Source: an uncultured Ruminococcus sp.
GTDB taxonomy: Bacteria; Bacillota; Clostridia; Oscillospirales; Ruminococcaceae
Assembly: GCF_902762735.1 (NCBI RefSeq)
Contig: NZ_CACWPP010000001.1
Coordinates: forward strand, 34,613 to 98,612
Direction of reading: 5' to 3'
Length of the DNA stretch: 64,000 bases
Below, piece after piece: positions 17,193 through 25,305 of the stretch. Positions within the stretch are counted from its first letter, which is position 1. Each line of letters starts with the position of its first letter. The notes below the pieces were generated by a model, which did no database searches, had not been told where the DNA came from, and saw only the letters and a list, made by a program, of their open reading frames with translations. Made by a program: the position numbers and the translations under genes.

Positions 17193-18320
17193 ATGGATAA
17201 CAAGGTGTTAGATGATTTTGAAAAAGTTAATGATGTAAGTCCCGAGACTATCAAAAAATATGAGGGCATGCTGCCGCCGGAATGGGTAGAGTTCTGGAAA
17301 GAGTACGGCTACGGTTCGTTCATGGACGGATATTTCAGGGTGATAGATCCCGAAGAATATGAGGGGTTTTATAAGGAAAGCGTTATAATGCTGTACAAAG
17401 AAGTTCCGATACCTGTTATGGTAACTGCTTTCGGAGACATCATAGCTTTTATATCCAAATTTAAAGATGGTGAGCTGAAGTGGAGTCTGGAGTGCGTATA
17501 TTACAGATATATGCGCTACGAATTTTTTCTCCCATCGGTAGAGGATCTCTTTGAGGGTCTCAGCGAACCTAAAACTTATGGACGTGAAAGACAATATACG
17601 TTCATAAAGTATTCTGAGGCTGCTGAGAAACTCGGTAAACCAAAATACGATCAGTGTTTTGGGTATGAACCGATATTAACTAAGCGAAGCAAAGAAAAGC
17701 TGAAAGACCTTCGTATAGTTGATACTAAGGCTTACTTAAAAGCAGTTTTTGAGCAGAATGGGCAGGTAGAAGATCCTTTGCCCGACAATAAAGCAATAGA
17801 AGTCTCATATTTTGCAAAAACAGAAAAGAAGCCCAAGAGGGTGATCGTTGACAGCCCGTATGAGTTAAAGCCGATAAACGTACCTGCACTTAAATTCGAT
17901 AATTTCAATTTCAAATTATGTATCATACAGGTGCTTATGTATGAGAAAGAACTGCTTAGCCCCAAATTCGATATATATGAGTTTGCCAAGTATTACCCGC
18001 CGCGTGAGATAGATATAGATGAAGAAGGCTATGATCCGATAAAGCCTGCCATTGATTATTTTAAGAAACTTGAGATACCCGCATCTCTTGCACCTGAAGT
18101 CGAAGAGATCATAATGGACGGCGGAAATGATATTTATGGTCAGATATATCCGTTCTGGGACGGAGAGGATGGGTATTTTGACCTGAAAAGAGTTTCGGAT
18201 GAAGAGCTGTCGCAGTTTGCGGGTCTTAAACATATAGAACTTATGAACAGCCCTGAAAATATGGGCAAAACGCTGATAAACAGATTGAAGAAACACGGCA
18301 TCGAAATATCTAATTTATGA
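17193..18320 (+). CDS. GAD-like/DUF1851-type (SMI1/Tdi1-like immunity-family) protein with an uncharacterised C-terminal half
   Basis: ORF 16980..18320; start moved to ATG 17193 (AAGGAG 7 nt upstream), since the upstream part of the ORF runs through repeats. N-terminus LDDFEKVNDVSPETIKKYEGMLPPEWVEFWKEYGYGSFMDGYFRVIDPEEY resembles the GAD-like/DUF1851 pattern (recalled from memory, not searched). Confidence 0.6.
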   Translation: MDNKVLDDFEKVNDVSPETIKKYEGMLPPEWVEFWKEYGYGSFMDGYFRVIDPEEYEGFYKESVIMLYKEVPIPVMVTAFGDIIAFISKFKDGELKWSLECVYYRYMRYEFFLPSVEDLFEGLSEPKTYGRERQYTFIKYSEAAEKLGKPKYDQCFGYEPILTKRSKEKLKDLRIVDTKAYLKAVFEQNGQVEDPLPDNKAIEVSYFAKTEKKPKRVIVDSPYELKPINVPALKFDNFNFKLCIIQVLMYEKELLSPKFDIYEFAKYYPPREIDIDEEGYDPIKPAIDYFKKLEIPASLAPEVEEIIMDGGNDIYGQIYPFWDGEDGYFDLKRVSDEELSQFAGLKHIELMNSPENMGKTLINRLKKHGIEISNL

Positions 18321-18328
18321 TCGGATGA

Positions 18329-18435
18329 ACTATAGCAATCCAACTATTTAAATTCACAAAATCCAGTCGCAAAAGCTCGAATCTATGGGTTTGGTGACTG
18401 GATTTTGTCTGAATTTTAAGGCGGATTGCTATAAG
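18329..18435. repeat. 107-bp long imperfect inverted repeat (40-nt arms, 27-nt loop)
   Basis: Left arm actatagcaatccaactatttaaattcacaaaatccagtc (18329-18368). Right arm gactggattttgtctgaattttaaggcggattgctataag (18396-18435). The inner 13 bp and outer 11 bp pair perfectly; the middle pairs with an indel. Confidence 0.75.
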
Positions 18436-18464
18436 ATCCGGTTTTGCAAATAAACACTTTCCTG

Positions 18465-18499
18465 CGGCAGTGAGAGGCGAACTCTCTCTGCCGTTTTTT
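18465..18499 (+). terminator. Rho-independent terminator after the GAD-like gene
   Basis: cggcagtgagag / ctctctctgccg (one mismatch), followed by tttttt (18494-18499). Confidence 0.7.
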
Positions 18500-18600
18500 C
18501 ATGCCGATGTTTCTTTCTCGGGACAGCCCGTCAGTTCTGCAAAGAAGGTCTGTCCATTGAAAAACCAACAACAAAAAACAGGCATGTTATGTCAGAACAG

Positions 18601-18629
18601 TTGAAAAATTCATATTAATGTGATATAAT
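18601..18629 (+). promoter_or_regulatory. Sigma-A-type promoter of the 18657-20600 operon
   Basis: TTGAAA (18601-18606), 17 nt, TATAAT (18624-18629). Confidence 0.6.
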
Positions 18630-18656
18630 TGAATTTTTGTAAAGGGGGTGTCTTTA

Positions 18657-19295
18657 ATGGCGCTTATCTATGAGTTCCCGCCAAAACTGTCACGCACAGA
18701 AAAGCAGGCTAAGGCGATAAACGACCTCGCTGAACACCGCAAAATGTCGCGGCAGATGTATAGGAACCTTATACTTGCGGGCATAATATTTGTGCTGGCG
18801 GTCATCGTCAAGGTCATGCTGATAAAAGTTCTGCTGATGGCGGTGGCAGTGGCAAACGCGGCAGTCGGAGTACTGCTGTATCGGTATTACAGCCTTTCGC
18901 GGGATACCCGCCTGTATACGCGGATATATCCCGACAGGACAGAACATCTGCAAAAGCTGGGTCTTTTGGGTGATATGCTTGAAGTCACCCTCTATTACGA
19001 TGAAGTTGAAAAAAGCGAGCAGGACCCTCGCGGCAACATGTGCTTTCACCTTAAAGCGGCTGAAAAGTCGGCTTTTTACAAGATCGGCCGCAAGGGCGAA
19101 CGCCGTGAATTTCAGCCAAAAGACGGCATTCTCGTGCTGAGATTTATCGACACCAAAGCCAAGCTGACGCTGATAGACAAGCTGCACGAAGAGATAAAAT
19201 ATCCCAAAAAGAATTACAATGTCATCACCGATGATGACGATTATTACAGTGAGGAAGATATGGAGTGGGACAAACTCCACAAACACGGATTATAG
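18657..19295 (+). CDS. Hypothetical 2-TM membrane protein with a cytoplasmic C-terminal domain
   Basis: ORF 18648..19295; ATG 18657 after AAAGGGGG. Helices ILAGIIFVLAVIVKVMLIKVLLMAVAVANAAVGVLLY. Acidic tail DDDDYYSEEDMEWD. Confidence 0.7.
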   Translation: MALIYEFPPKLSRTEKQAKAINDLAEHRKMSRQMYRNLILAGIIFVLAVIVKVMLIKVLLMAVAVANAAVGVLLYRYYSLSRDTRLYTRIYPDRTEHLQKLGLLGDMLEVTLYYDEVEKSEQDPRGNMCFHLKAAEKSAFYKIGRKGERREFQPKDGILVLRFIDTKAKLTLIDKLHEEIKYPKKNYNVITDDDDYYSEEDMEWDKLHKHGL

Positions 19296-19306
19296 GAAGT
19301 GGTAAA

Positions 19307-19714
19307 ATGAAAGCAAAGCTGAGTCCGCCCGCGCCGAAAACTGCGGCGGGCGTGAATATCTCGGAGGAAAAGGCGGCTGTCATAAGCGAGGTGATGTCTG
19401 CGCTGGGCGGCAGTTTTCAGGCGGCTGACAAAGACTGCGGCGCTGACAGCATCGGCTTCATATGCGGCATAAAAGGATACGCAAAAAGCGAACAGCGACT
19501 CGATGTTTCGGAAGAACTGCTGATCTTTTCGGGTCTTACACCGAATGAACTTAACAAGGCAGTCAACAAACTGAGAGATAAGGGGTGCAGTATCCCGCTG
19601 AAAGCTATGGTAACACAGCACAACCGCGAATGGACGGTCTCTGCGCTTGCTAAAGAACTTGCGGCTGAACATGAGTATATGACCAGCCGCAGAAAGCGTG
19701 ACGGAAATGGTTAA
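19307..19714 (+). CDS. DUF3783-like small protein
   Basis: ORF 19265..19714; ATG 19307. ..LLIFSGLTPNELNKAVNKLRDKGCSIPLKAMVTQHNREWTVSALAKELAAEHEYM resembles the DUF3783 pattern (from memory). Confidence 0.6.
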   Translation: MKAKLSPPAPKTAAGVNISEEKAAVISEVMSALGGSFQAADKDCGADSIGFICGIKGYAKSEQRLDVSEELLIFSGLTPNELNKAVNKLRDKGCSIPLKAMVTQHNREWTVSALAKELAAEHEYMTSRRKRDGNG

Positions 19715-20600
19715 AAAGAAGTACAAAGCCGTCATTTACATAGTTCTTTCGGCGTTCTGCTTTGCGCTGATGGGGCTTTTCGTGACAGAATCTGGCGACC
19801 TGCCCACCATGCAGAAAGTATTTTTCCGCAACCTTTTTGCACTGTTCATCGCCATTGTTTCGCTGAAAAAGAGCGGCACTAAGTTCGAGATAGGCAACAA
19901 AAAGAACCATGCAGTACTGTTTGTCAGGGCGTTTGGCGGAACTATCGGCATGATAGGCAATTTCTACGCGCTGGGCAGAATGAACCTCTCCGATGCGCTT
20001 ATGCTGAACAAGATGTCGCCCTTTTTCGTCATCGTATTTTCGTACATTTTCCTGAAAGAAAATCTGACCATATTCCAGCTTTTAACTGTGCTGGGCGCAT
20101 TCGGCGGAAGCCTTTTCATAATCAAGCCCACCTTCTCAAATGTCGATCTTATCCCCTCTATATGCGGTTTTCTCGGAGGAATGGGCGCGGGTCTTGCGTA
20201 TACATGTGTACGCTATTTAGGACAGCATGGCGTGAAAGGACCTGTGATAGTTGCGTACTTTTCGGGCTTTTCATGCCTGTTCACACTGCCATTCCTGATA
20301 TTCGGGTTCAAACCGATGACGTTGGCGCAGTTTCTCTGCCTGCTGGGTGCGGGCATCTCGGCGGCAGGCGGACAGTTCTCCATAACAGCCGCATACTCCC
20401 ACGCCCCCGCAAAAGAGATATCAGTCTACGACTACTCACAGCTGATATTCACGACCATACTCGGCATGATATTTCTCGATCAGTTTCCCGATAAATGGAG
20501 TTTTGTCGGATATATCATCATCATCACGATGGCAGTGCTGGTGTTTATATACAACAACTTCAGCCACAAAGAAAGCGATGCCGAAAACAAGACTGCATAG
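19707..20600 (+). CDS. EamA/DMT-superfamily transporter (10 TM)
   Basis: Two EamA-like halves. The start is ambiguous (GTG 19698 or ATG 19707). It overlaps the stop of the preceding gene. Confidence 0.85.
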   Translation: MVKKKYKAVIYIVLSAFCFALMGLFVTESGDLPTMQKVFFRNLFALFIAIVSLKKSGTKFEIGNKKNHAVLFVRAFGGTIGMIGNFYALGRMNLSDALMLNKMSPFFVIVFSYIFLKENLTIFQLLTVLGAFGGSLFIIKPTFSNVDLIPSICGFLGGMGAGLAYTCVRYLGQHGVKGPVIVAYFSGFSCLFTLPFLIFGFKPMTLAQFLCLLGAGISAAGGQFSITAAYSHAPAKEISVYDYSQLIFTTILGMIFLDQFPDKWSFVGYIIIITMAVLVFIYNNFSHKESDAENKTA

Positions 20601-20602
20601 CA

Positions 20603-20637
20603 AAAGCCGCTGTACCCACCGTACAGCGGCTGTATTT
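20603..20637. terminator. Bidirectional terminator between convergent genes
   Basis: agccgctgtac / gtacagcggct 11-bp stem, loop ccacc, flanked by caaaa and gtattttt. Confidence 0.75.
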
Positions 20638-21408
20638 TTAGCTTTCTCTCTGCTCGCCGACATTATTGCAGCTGTTCATGCAGCCGTTCGTTTCAAGTCC
20701 TCTGGGGAAAAATTCGTTGGTGGGGAAATCTATCTGCTCGAACATCTCGCAGGGAGTACCGCTTGATGATGTGCATTCCTTGCCAGGCACGCAGTAGTCA
20801 TAGACGGGCACCATCAGCGGAACGGGGCGTGAAAGCGAGATTATCGCGAACAGCCCCACCGTGACAAGCACTGTGCGCTCCCCTGTTTCGGGGTCTGCGG
20901 CGGTCAGCTTGGTGTCAAGGCACATGGGTTCGACAAGACTGACAGAAGCAGTCGGCAGTGTGCAAAGCGACTTGCAGCACGCACAGCCTGTTGTCGGCGA
21001 CTCCTGCGTGGTGACAAGCCCGCTGTCGGAAACAAATCGCTGTGTGCCGCCGTCACTGCCGTAGAGTATCACTTTCTTCGTGAAAGGCGCAGTGCCGTAC
21101 AACACCACAGGCGGCGTGCTGTCGCCGTTGTAGACCTCTATCTGTGCGCGGAAATTGTAAGTCACGTCCACCGAATAAAAACCCTGATTGAAAGCCACAG
21201 GGCTTATGCCGAAATTAACGTCCGTCACATCAATCGACTGTGTTTTGATGTAAGCCGCATCGTCGATGATCGCCTGATCCTCTGTGCTGAAAACGAATGT
21301 CAGGTCTTCGAGACAGTCCTGCGCACTGCACGAATCGAAAATGCGCATAGCGTCGATGCAGACAGCTTCTTTGAAACTGCCGTTTGGTCTGAAAATATTC
21401 TCGCTCAT
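20638..21408 (-). CDS. Hypothetical Cys-rich protein (256 aa)
   Basis: ORF 20638..21450; start moved to ATG 21408 (GGGAGG 7 nt upstream). 15 Cys including CACC and clustered C-terminal Cys. No signal peptide or TM. Confidence 0.7.
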   Translation of the reverse strand: MSENIFRPNGSFKEAVCIDAMRIFDSCSAQDCLEDLTFVFSTEDQAIIDDAAYIKTQSIDVTDVNFGISPVAFNQGFYSVDVTYNFRAQIEVYNGDSTPPVVLYGTAPFTKKVILYGSDGGTQRFVSDSGLVTTQESPTTGCACCKSLCTLPTASVSLVEPMCLDTKLTAADPETGERTVLVTVGLFAIISLSRPVPLMVPVYDYCVPGKECTSSSGTPCEMFEQIDFPTNEFFPRGLETNGCMNSCNNVGEQRES

Positions 21409-21482
21409 AAAATTACCTCCCGCGATGTGATATTGAAGTTTTGGCTTCACTACATCATATTCGCAAAAGGCAGACAGTGTGC

Positions 21483-21513
21483 AAAAAAGCTCTCCTTTTT
21501 ATGGGAGAGCTTT
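21483..21513 (-). terminator. Rho-independent terminator ending the his operon
   Basis: aaagctctcc / gggagagcttt stem. On the minus strand it is followed by a T-run. Confidence 0.75.
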
Positions 21514-21517
21514 CATT

Positions 21518-21856
21518 TTAAGTATTCTTGTCAACAGTCTTGAACTGCTTTAAGTTGCCGATCTTTTCGTTGCGCTCGTCAAGTACCTTCTCAACATCAG
21601 CCCAGTCAAGACCCTGATTTACTGCCAGCACCATCACATGGTACAGCAAATCGTTTATCTCGTTTTTCAGCTCGTCATTGTCGCCGTTTTTAGCCGCGAT
21701 TATAGTTTCGGCTGCCTCCTCGCCGACCTTCTTGCAGATCTTGTCAACGCCCTGCTGATACAGGTAGCATGTATAGCTCTTCTCAGGTGCTTCGCCCTTG
21801 TCGAACTGTTCCTTGCGTGCTTTCAGCACCTCAAATATCTCCTGATAAACTGTCAT
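21518..21856 (-). CDS. hisE: Phosphoribosyl-ATP pyrophosphatase
   Basis: 112 aa. ..SYTCYLYQQGVDKICKKVGEEAAETIIAAKNGDNDELKNEINDLLYHVMVL.. Confidence 0.9.
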   Translation of the reverse strand: MTVYQEIFEVLKARKEQFDKGEAPEKSYTCYLYQQGVDKICKKVGEEAAETIIAAKNGDNDELKNEINDLLYHVMVLAVNQGLDWADVEKVLDERNEKIGNLKQFKTVDKNT

Positions 21857-22218
21857 TATTTTTCCTCCTCATTATACATTTCCTTGAAAAAACAGCTGTA
21901 TGAACCTGTATGGCAGGCAACGCCTGTCTGCTCAACATTCACCAGCAGCGTATCATCGTCACAGTCACCGTAGATGGATACTACCTTTTGCAGATGTCCG
22001 CTGGTAGCGCCCTTGTTCCAGTATTCCTGCCTCGACCTGCTCCAGAACCATGTGTAGCCCGTTTCCAGCGTTCTTTTAAGGCTCTCCTTGTTCATGTAAG
22101 CCAGCATCAGCACCGTCTTTGTGTTGACCTCATAACATATCGCAGGTATCAGCTCACTCTTCACAAAATACTTGTCCAGATCATTTATGTCGATCTTGAT
22201 CTTATTATTATCAGCCAT
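21856..22218 (-). CDS. hisI: Phosphoribosyl-AMP cyclohydrolase
   Basis: ORF 21856..22287; start moved to ATG 22218 (GGAGGAG upstream). ..[54 protein letters not shown]. Confidence 0.9.
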   Translation of the reverse strand: MADNNKIKIDINDLDKYFVKSELIPAICYEVNTKTVLMLAYMNKESLKRTLETGYTWFWSRSRQEYWNKGATSGHLQKVVSIYGDCDDDTLLVNVEQTGVACHTGSYSCFFKEMYNEEEK

Positions 22219-22702
22219 TTTCTCCTCCGTCATTATCAAGATATTTTTCGGGAACATTGTAGCCGTTCGCCAGCAGGTCAGCCACATACTGCTTATCTTT
22301 CATGCGCTCCTCGCTCTCGGCAAGGAACTTCTGATTTGCCTTGTCCAGCGAGCCGCTCACTATACGGATATACTGTATGACACACCCGACTGTCGCGATG
22401 GGCAGCATCACCAGGAAACCAACCTGATAATTGGTATAGTACCCCAGTTCTCTCGTGGTGAACCTGTACCACATCACCACAAGCACCAGCAGTGCCGCAC
22501 ATATTATCCCCGATTTTTTATAGAGGTTCGGGTCGGTAGTCCTTTTATCGAACCCCTGTACCGCAGGCTCGCGATAACGCCTGTTCAGGTATTTCTGACC
22601 GCACTTTCGGCAAGTTCGTATGGGACTGCCGTACATATATGCATTGCACCTCTCGCGGTCCATCTTGCCGCAGTGAGGGCATTTTGCTTCGCTGTATCCC
22701 AT
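22211..22702 (-). CDS. Zinc-ribbon protein with two TM helices, unknown function
   Basis: ORF 22211..22726; start moved to ATG 22702 (GGAGTGAG upstream). CPHCG..(17)..CRKCG zinc ribbon. TM helices [14 protein letters not shown] and [19 protein letters not shown]. Acidic C-tail. The 3' end overlaps hisI by 8 nt. Confidence 0.7.
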   Translation of the reverse strand: MGYSEAKCPHCGKMDRERCNAYMYGSPIRTCRKCGQKYLNRRYREPAVQGFDKRTTDPNLYKKSGIICAALLVLVVMWYRFTTRELGYYTNYQVGFLVMLPIATVGCVIQYIRIVSGSLDKANQKFLAESEERMKDKQYVADLLANGYNVPEKYLDNDGGENG

Positions 22703-22712
22703 GATAGATCTC

Positions 22713-23447
22713 TCACTCCGTTCCAAACAGCTTTGCTATCATTCTCTTCGGGTCGTTCAGGAAAGCCTTGCTGACGCTGACAGTTTCAGTCTCCTCATAG
22801 CGCCTGCGGGCTATCTCCCGCTCGTCAAGCTCATATATCAGCGCATCGGGATATGCCAGCAGTACAGGCGAATGTGTAGCTATGATAAACTGGGAGTTTT
22901 TTTGTACCAGTTTATTCATGCGTATCAGCAGACCCATCTGCCGCTGCGGTGAAAGCGCCGCCTCAGGCTCGTCCAGTATGTAAAGCCCGTCACCCCTGAA
23001 ACGGTTCATCACCAGCGCAAAAAAACTCTCACCATGCGACATCTCATGCAGTGAAACGCCGCCGTAGCTGTTCAACACCCTACTGCCTAAACTGTCGATA
23101 TAGCTTGCAGCATTGTAAAAACTCTCCGCCCGCAGGAAAAATCCGTCTCTCGGGCGCGAAAAGCTCTTTATGACCCGCAGATGTTCATACAGCGGCGAGT
23201 GCGTTTCATTGGTGGCAAAGCTGAAATTCCTGCTGCCGCCTTCGGGGTTGAAACCGAACGCCACAGCTATGCCCTCCAGCAAAGTAGACTTGCCTGTGCC
23301 GTTCTCGCCCACCAGAAAAGTCACACTGTTGTCAAAACTCAGCCCGCCCATATCGGCAAGGTGCTTCACGGCAGGCAGGTCAGCGATGTAACTCCGCTCG
23401 TCCTCCATGCCGAAAAGTTCGATACTGCGGATATATCCTCCGCCCAT
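22713..23447 (-). CDS. Stand-alone ABC/SMC-like (AAA_21-type) ATPase, 244 aa
   Basis: Walker A GENGTGKST, signature-like MSHGES, Walker B LYILDEPEAALSP, H-loop ATHSP. No transmembrane or substrate-binding partner. The start overlaps the hisF stop (TAATG). Confidence 0.85.
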   Translation of the reverse strand: MGGGYIRSIELFGMEDERSYIADLPAVKHLADMGGLSFDNSVTFLVGENGTGKSTLLEGIAVAFGFNPEGGSRNFSFATNETHSPLYEHLRVIKSFSRPRDGFFLRAESFYNAASYIDSLGSRVLNSYGGVSLHEMSHGESFFALVMNRFRGDGLYILDEPEAALSPQRQMGLLIRMNKLVQKNSQFIIATHSPVLLAYPDALIYELDEREIARRRYEETETVSVSKAFLNDPKRMIAKLFGTE

Positions 23448-24202
23448 TACCTCACGATGATGCCCTTGCTGCGGCAGTCAGCCTTTACCTCACCCACAGT
23501 CAGTTCGTGGAAATGGAACAGGCTTGCCGCCAGCGCCGCAGAACAGTCGGTCTTGAGGAAAGCCTCAGCAAAGTCGCCCAGCTTGCCCGCGCCGCCCGAT
23601 GCGATGACGGGTATTTTCACAGCGTCCACAACAGCTTTAAGCATCGGCAGGTCAAATCCGCCGCGCACGCCGTCAGTGTCTATGGAGTTCAGGCATATCT
23701 CGCCTGCGCCCAGCTGTTCGCACTTTTTCACCCAGTCGATCAGGTCTATCTTCATGTCGATGCGCCCGCCGTTGATGAAAACTGTCCACTTATTCTCCCC
23801 GACAGCCTTAGCATCAACACCCACGCAGATGCACTGACTGCCGAAAATATCAGCGCCGTCCTTTATAAGCTGAGGGTTCTGCACCGCCTGCGAGTTCACC
23901 GACACCTTGTCAGCGCCCGCTCTCAGCGTGTCGCGTATGTCATCAACAGTCTTGATGCCGCCGCCGACAGTCAGCGGAACGAACACCTTTTTCGCTGTTT
24001 CGCGAACAACGTCAAGCATAACTCCCCTGCCCTCATGGGACGCGGTTATGTCATAAAAAACTATCTCGTCAGCGCCCTGCTGATTGTACTCCATCGCACA
24101 GGCAACGGGGTCGCCGACTTCTTTTATTCCTTCAAAATTAACGCCCTTTACCACCTTGCCGTCACGCACGTCAAGGCAGGGTATTATTCTTTTAGCAAGC
24201 AT
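23447..24202 (-). CDS. hisF: Imidazole glycerol phosphate synthase cyclase subunit
   Basis: [32 protein letters not shown]...VPLTVGGGI...ASGGAG. Confidence 0.95.
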   Translation of the reverse strand: MLAKRIIPCLDVRDGKVVKGVNFEGIKEVGDPVACAMEYNQQGADEIVFYDITASHEGRGVMLDVVRETAKKVFVPLTVGGGIKTVDDIRDTLRAGADKVSVNSQAVQNPQLIKDGADIFGSQCICVGVDAKAVGENKWTVFINGGRIDMKIDLIDWVKKCEQLGAGEICLNSIDTDGVRGGFDLPMLKAVVDAVKIPVIASGGAGKLGDFAEAFLKTDCSAALAASLFHFHELTVGEVKADCRSKGIIVR

Positions 24203-24211
24203 ATTTGCCTC

Positions 24212-24700
24212 CTATAAAAATCTGTTGTAATCCTCATCAATGCAGTCCATTTCATCGGACTCTTCTGCATAGCGCCATCTCAAAGACCTTGCGATAACAA
24301 AGGAGTCATTTGCTTTTTTCAGGTCTATGCCGAAATTTTCAAGATCGTTCAGCTGTCTGAAATCTGTCCAGACTATCACCCTGTCATCACGGGTCTTTCC
24401 CATGAGGTCTGTGCGGAACTCCAGCACACATTCGTGTATCTCAGATGAAGATCTTTCACAATATCCCTGCACAGCATGGTAGACCACTCCGCTGAAAAGC
24501 ATCTCTATCCTGCCTAACCACCCGCTGTCAACAGTGAGCAGAAGAGCATTGTCAGGCGCAGAAACTATCATCATATCGCCGTCTGTGTTATGACAGCCGC
24601 TTACATAATTTACCGAAACTATGACCGAATCGTGCAGACTGCCGTTTTTTTCCATAAAATCGTCAATATCTGCCTGTGTGTTTATCTCACGCCAGCTCAT
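24212..24700 (-). CDS. Hypothetical acidic cytoplasmic protein (162 aa) at the position normally held by hisA
   Basis: ATGA overlap with hisH. The stop lies 10 nt upstream of the hisF ATG. No recognised motif. Too small for a (beta-alpha)8 HisA. Confidence 0.7.
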   Translation of the reverse strand: MSWREINTQADIDDFMEKNGSLHDSVIVSVNYVSGCHNTDGDMMIVSAPDNALLLTVDSGWLGRIEMLFSGVVYHAVQGYCERSSSEIHECVLEFRTDLMGKTRDDRVIVWTDFRQLNDLENFGIDLKKANDSFVIARSLRWRYAEESDEMDCIDEDYNRFL

Positions 24701-25305
24701 ACATTCAGCTCAGCAAAATTCTTCAGTATTTTCAGACCCGTTTCGCCGCTTTTCTCAGGGTGGAACTGACAGCCGTAAACGAACTTTCCATCGCCCACCA
24801 CCGCAGGCACTTTCGAGCCGTAGGTGCAGTAAGCGTACAAATTTTTGTCCTCGCAGAAAGCCTTGTAGCTGTGTACGAAATATACATATTCCTCGTTGCC
24901 CAGCCCGTCAAACAGGCGGCAGTCGCGGTTGTATTCCAGCTTGTTCCAGCCCATGTGAGGTATCACCAGTCCTGGATCTGTTATCCTGTCAACATAACCG
25001 CCGACCATGCCAAGCCCCGCGCACTCTTCAAACTCATAACTCTTGTCAAATATGAGCTGCATGCCCAGACAGATGCCCATGAAAGGCTTCACCTGTGCCT
25101 GCGCCTTTATAGTATCCACCAGCCCGCTGACTTTCAGCATGTTCATCGCCCACGGGAAAGCCCCAACGCCCGGCAGTATCACTCTGTCAGCGGCGATGAT
25201 GTCCTCTTTTTTGTCAGTCAGCTTATTTTCATAACCCAGATGGTCGAGCGCATTTTTCACCGAGAAAATATTGCCCGCACCGTAGTCAACTATCGCTATC
25301 ATCAC
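24697..25305 (-). CDS. hisH: Imidazole glycerol phosphate synthase glutaminase subunit
   Basis: MIAIVDYGAGNIFSVKNALDHLG...GICLGMQL...VQFHPEKS-type motifs (CQFHPEKSGETG). Confidence 0.95.
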   Translation of the reverse strand: MMIAIVDYGAGNIFSVKNALDHLGYENKLTDKKEDIIAADRVILPGVGAFPWAMNMLKVSGLVDTIKAQAQVKPFMGICLGMQLIFDKSYEFEECAGLGMVGGYVDRITDPGLVIPHMGWNKLEYNRDCRLFDGLGNEEYVYFVHSYKAFCEDKNLYAYCTYGSKVPAVVGDGKFVYGCQFHPEKSGETGLKILKNFAELNV

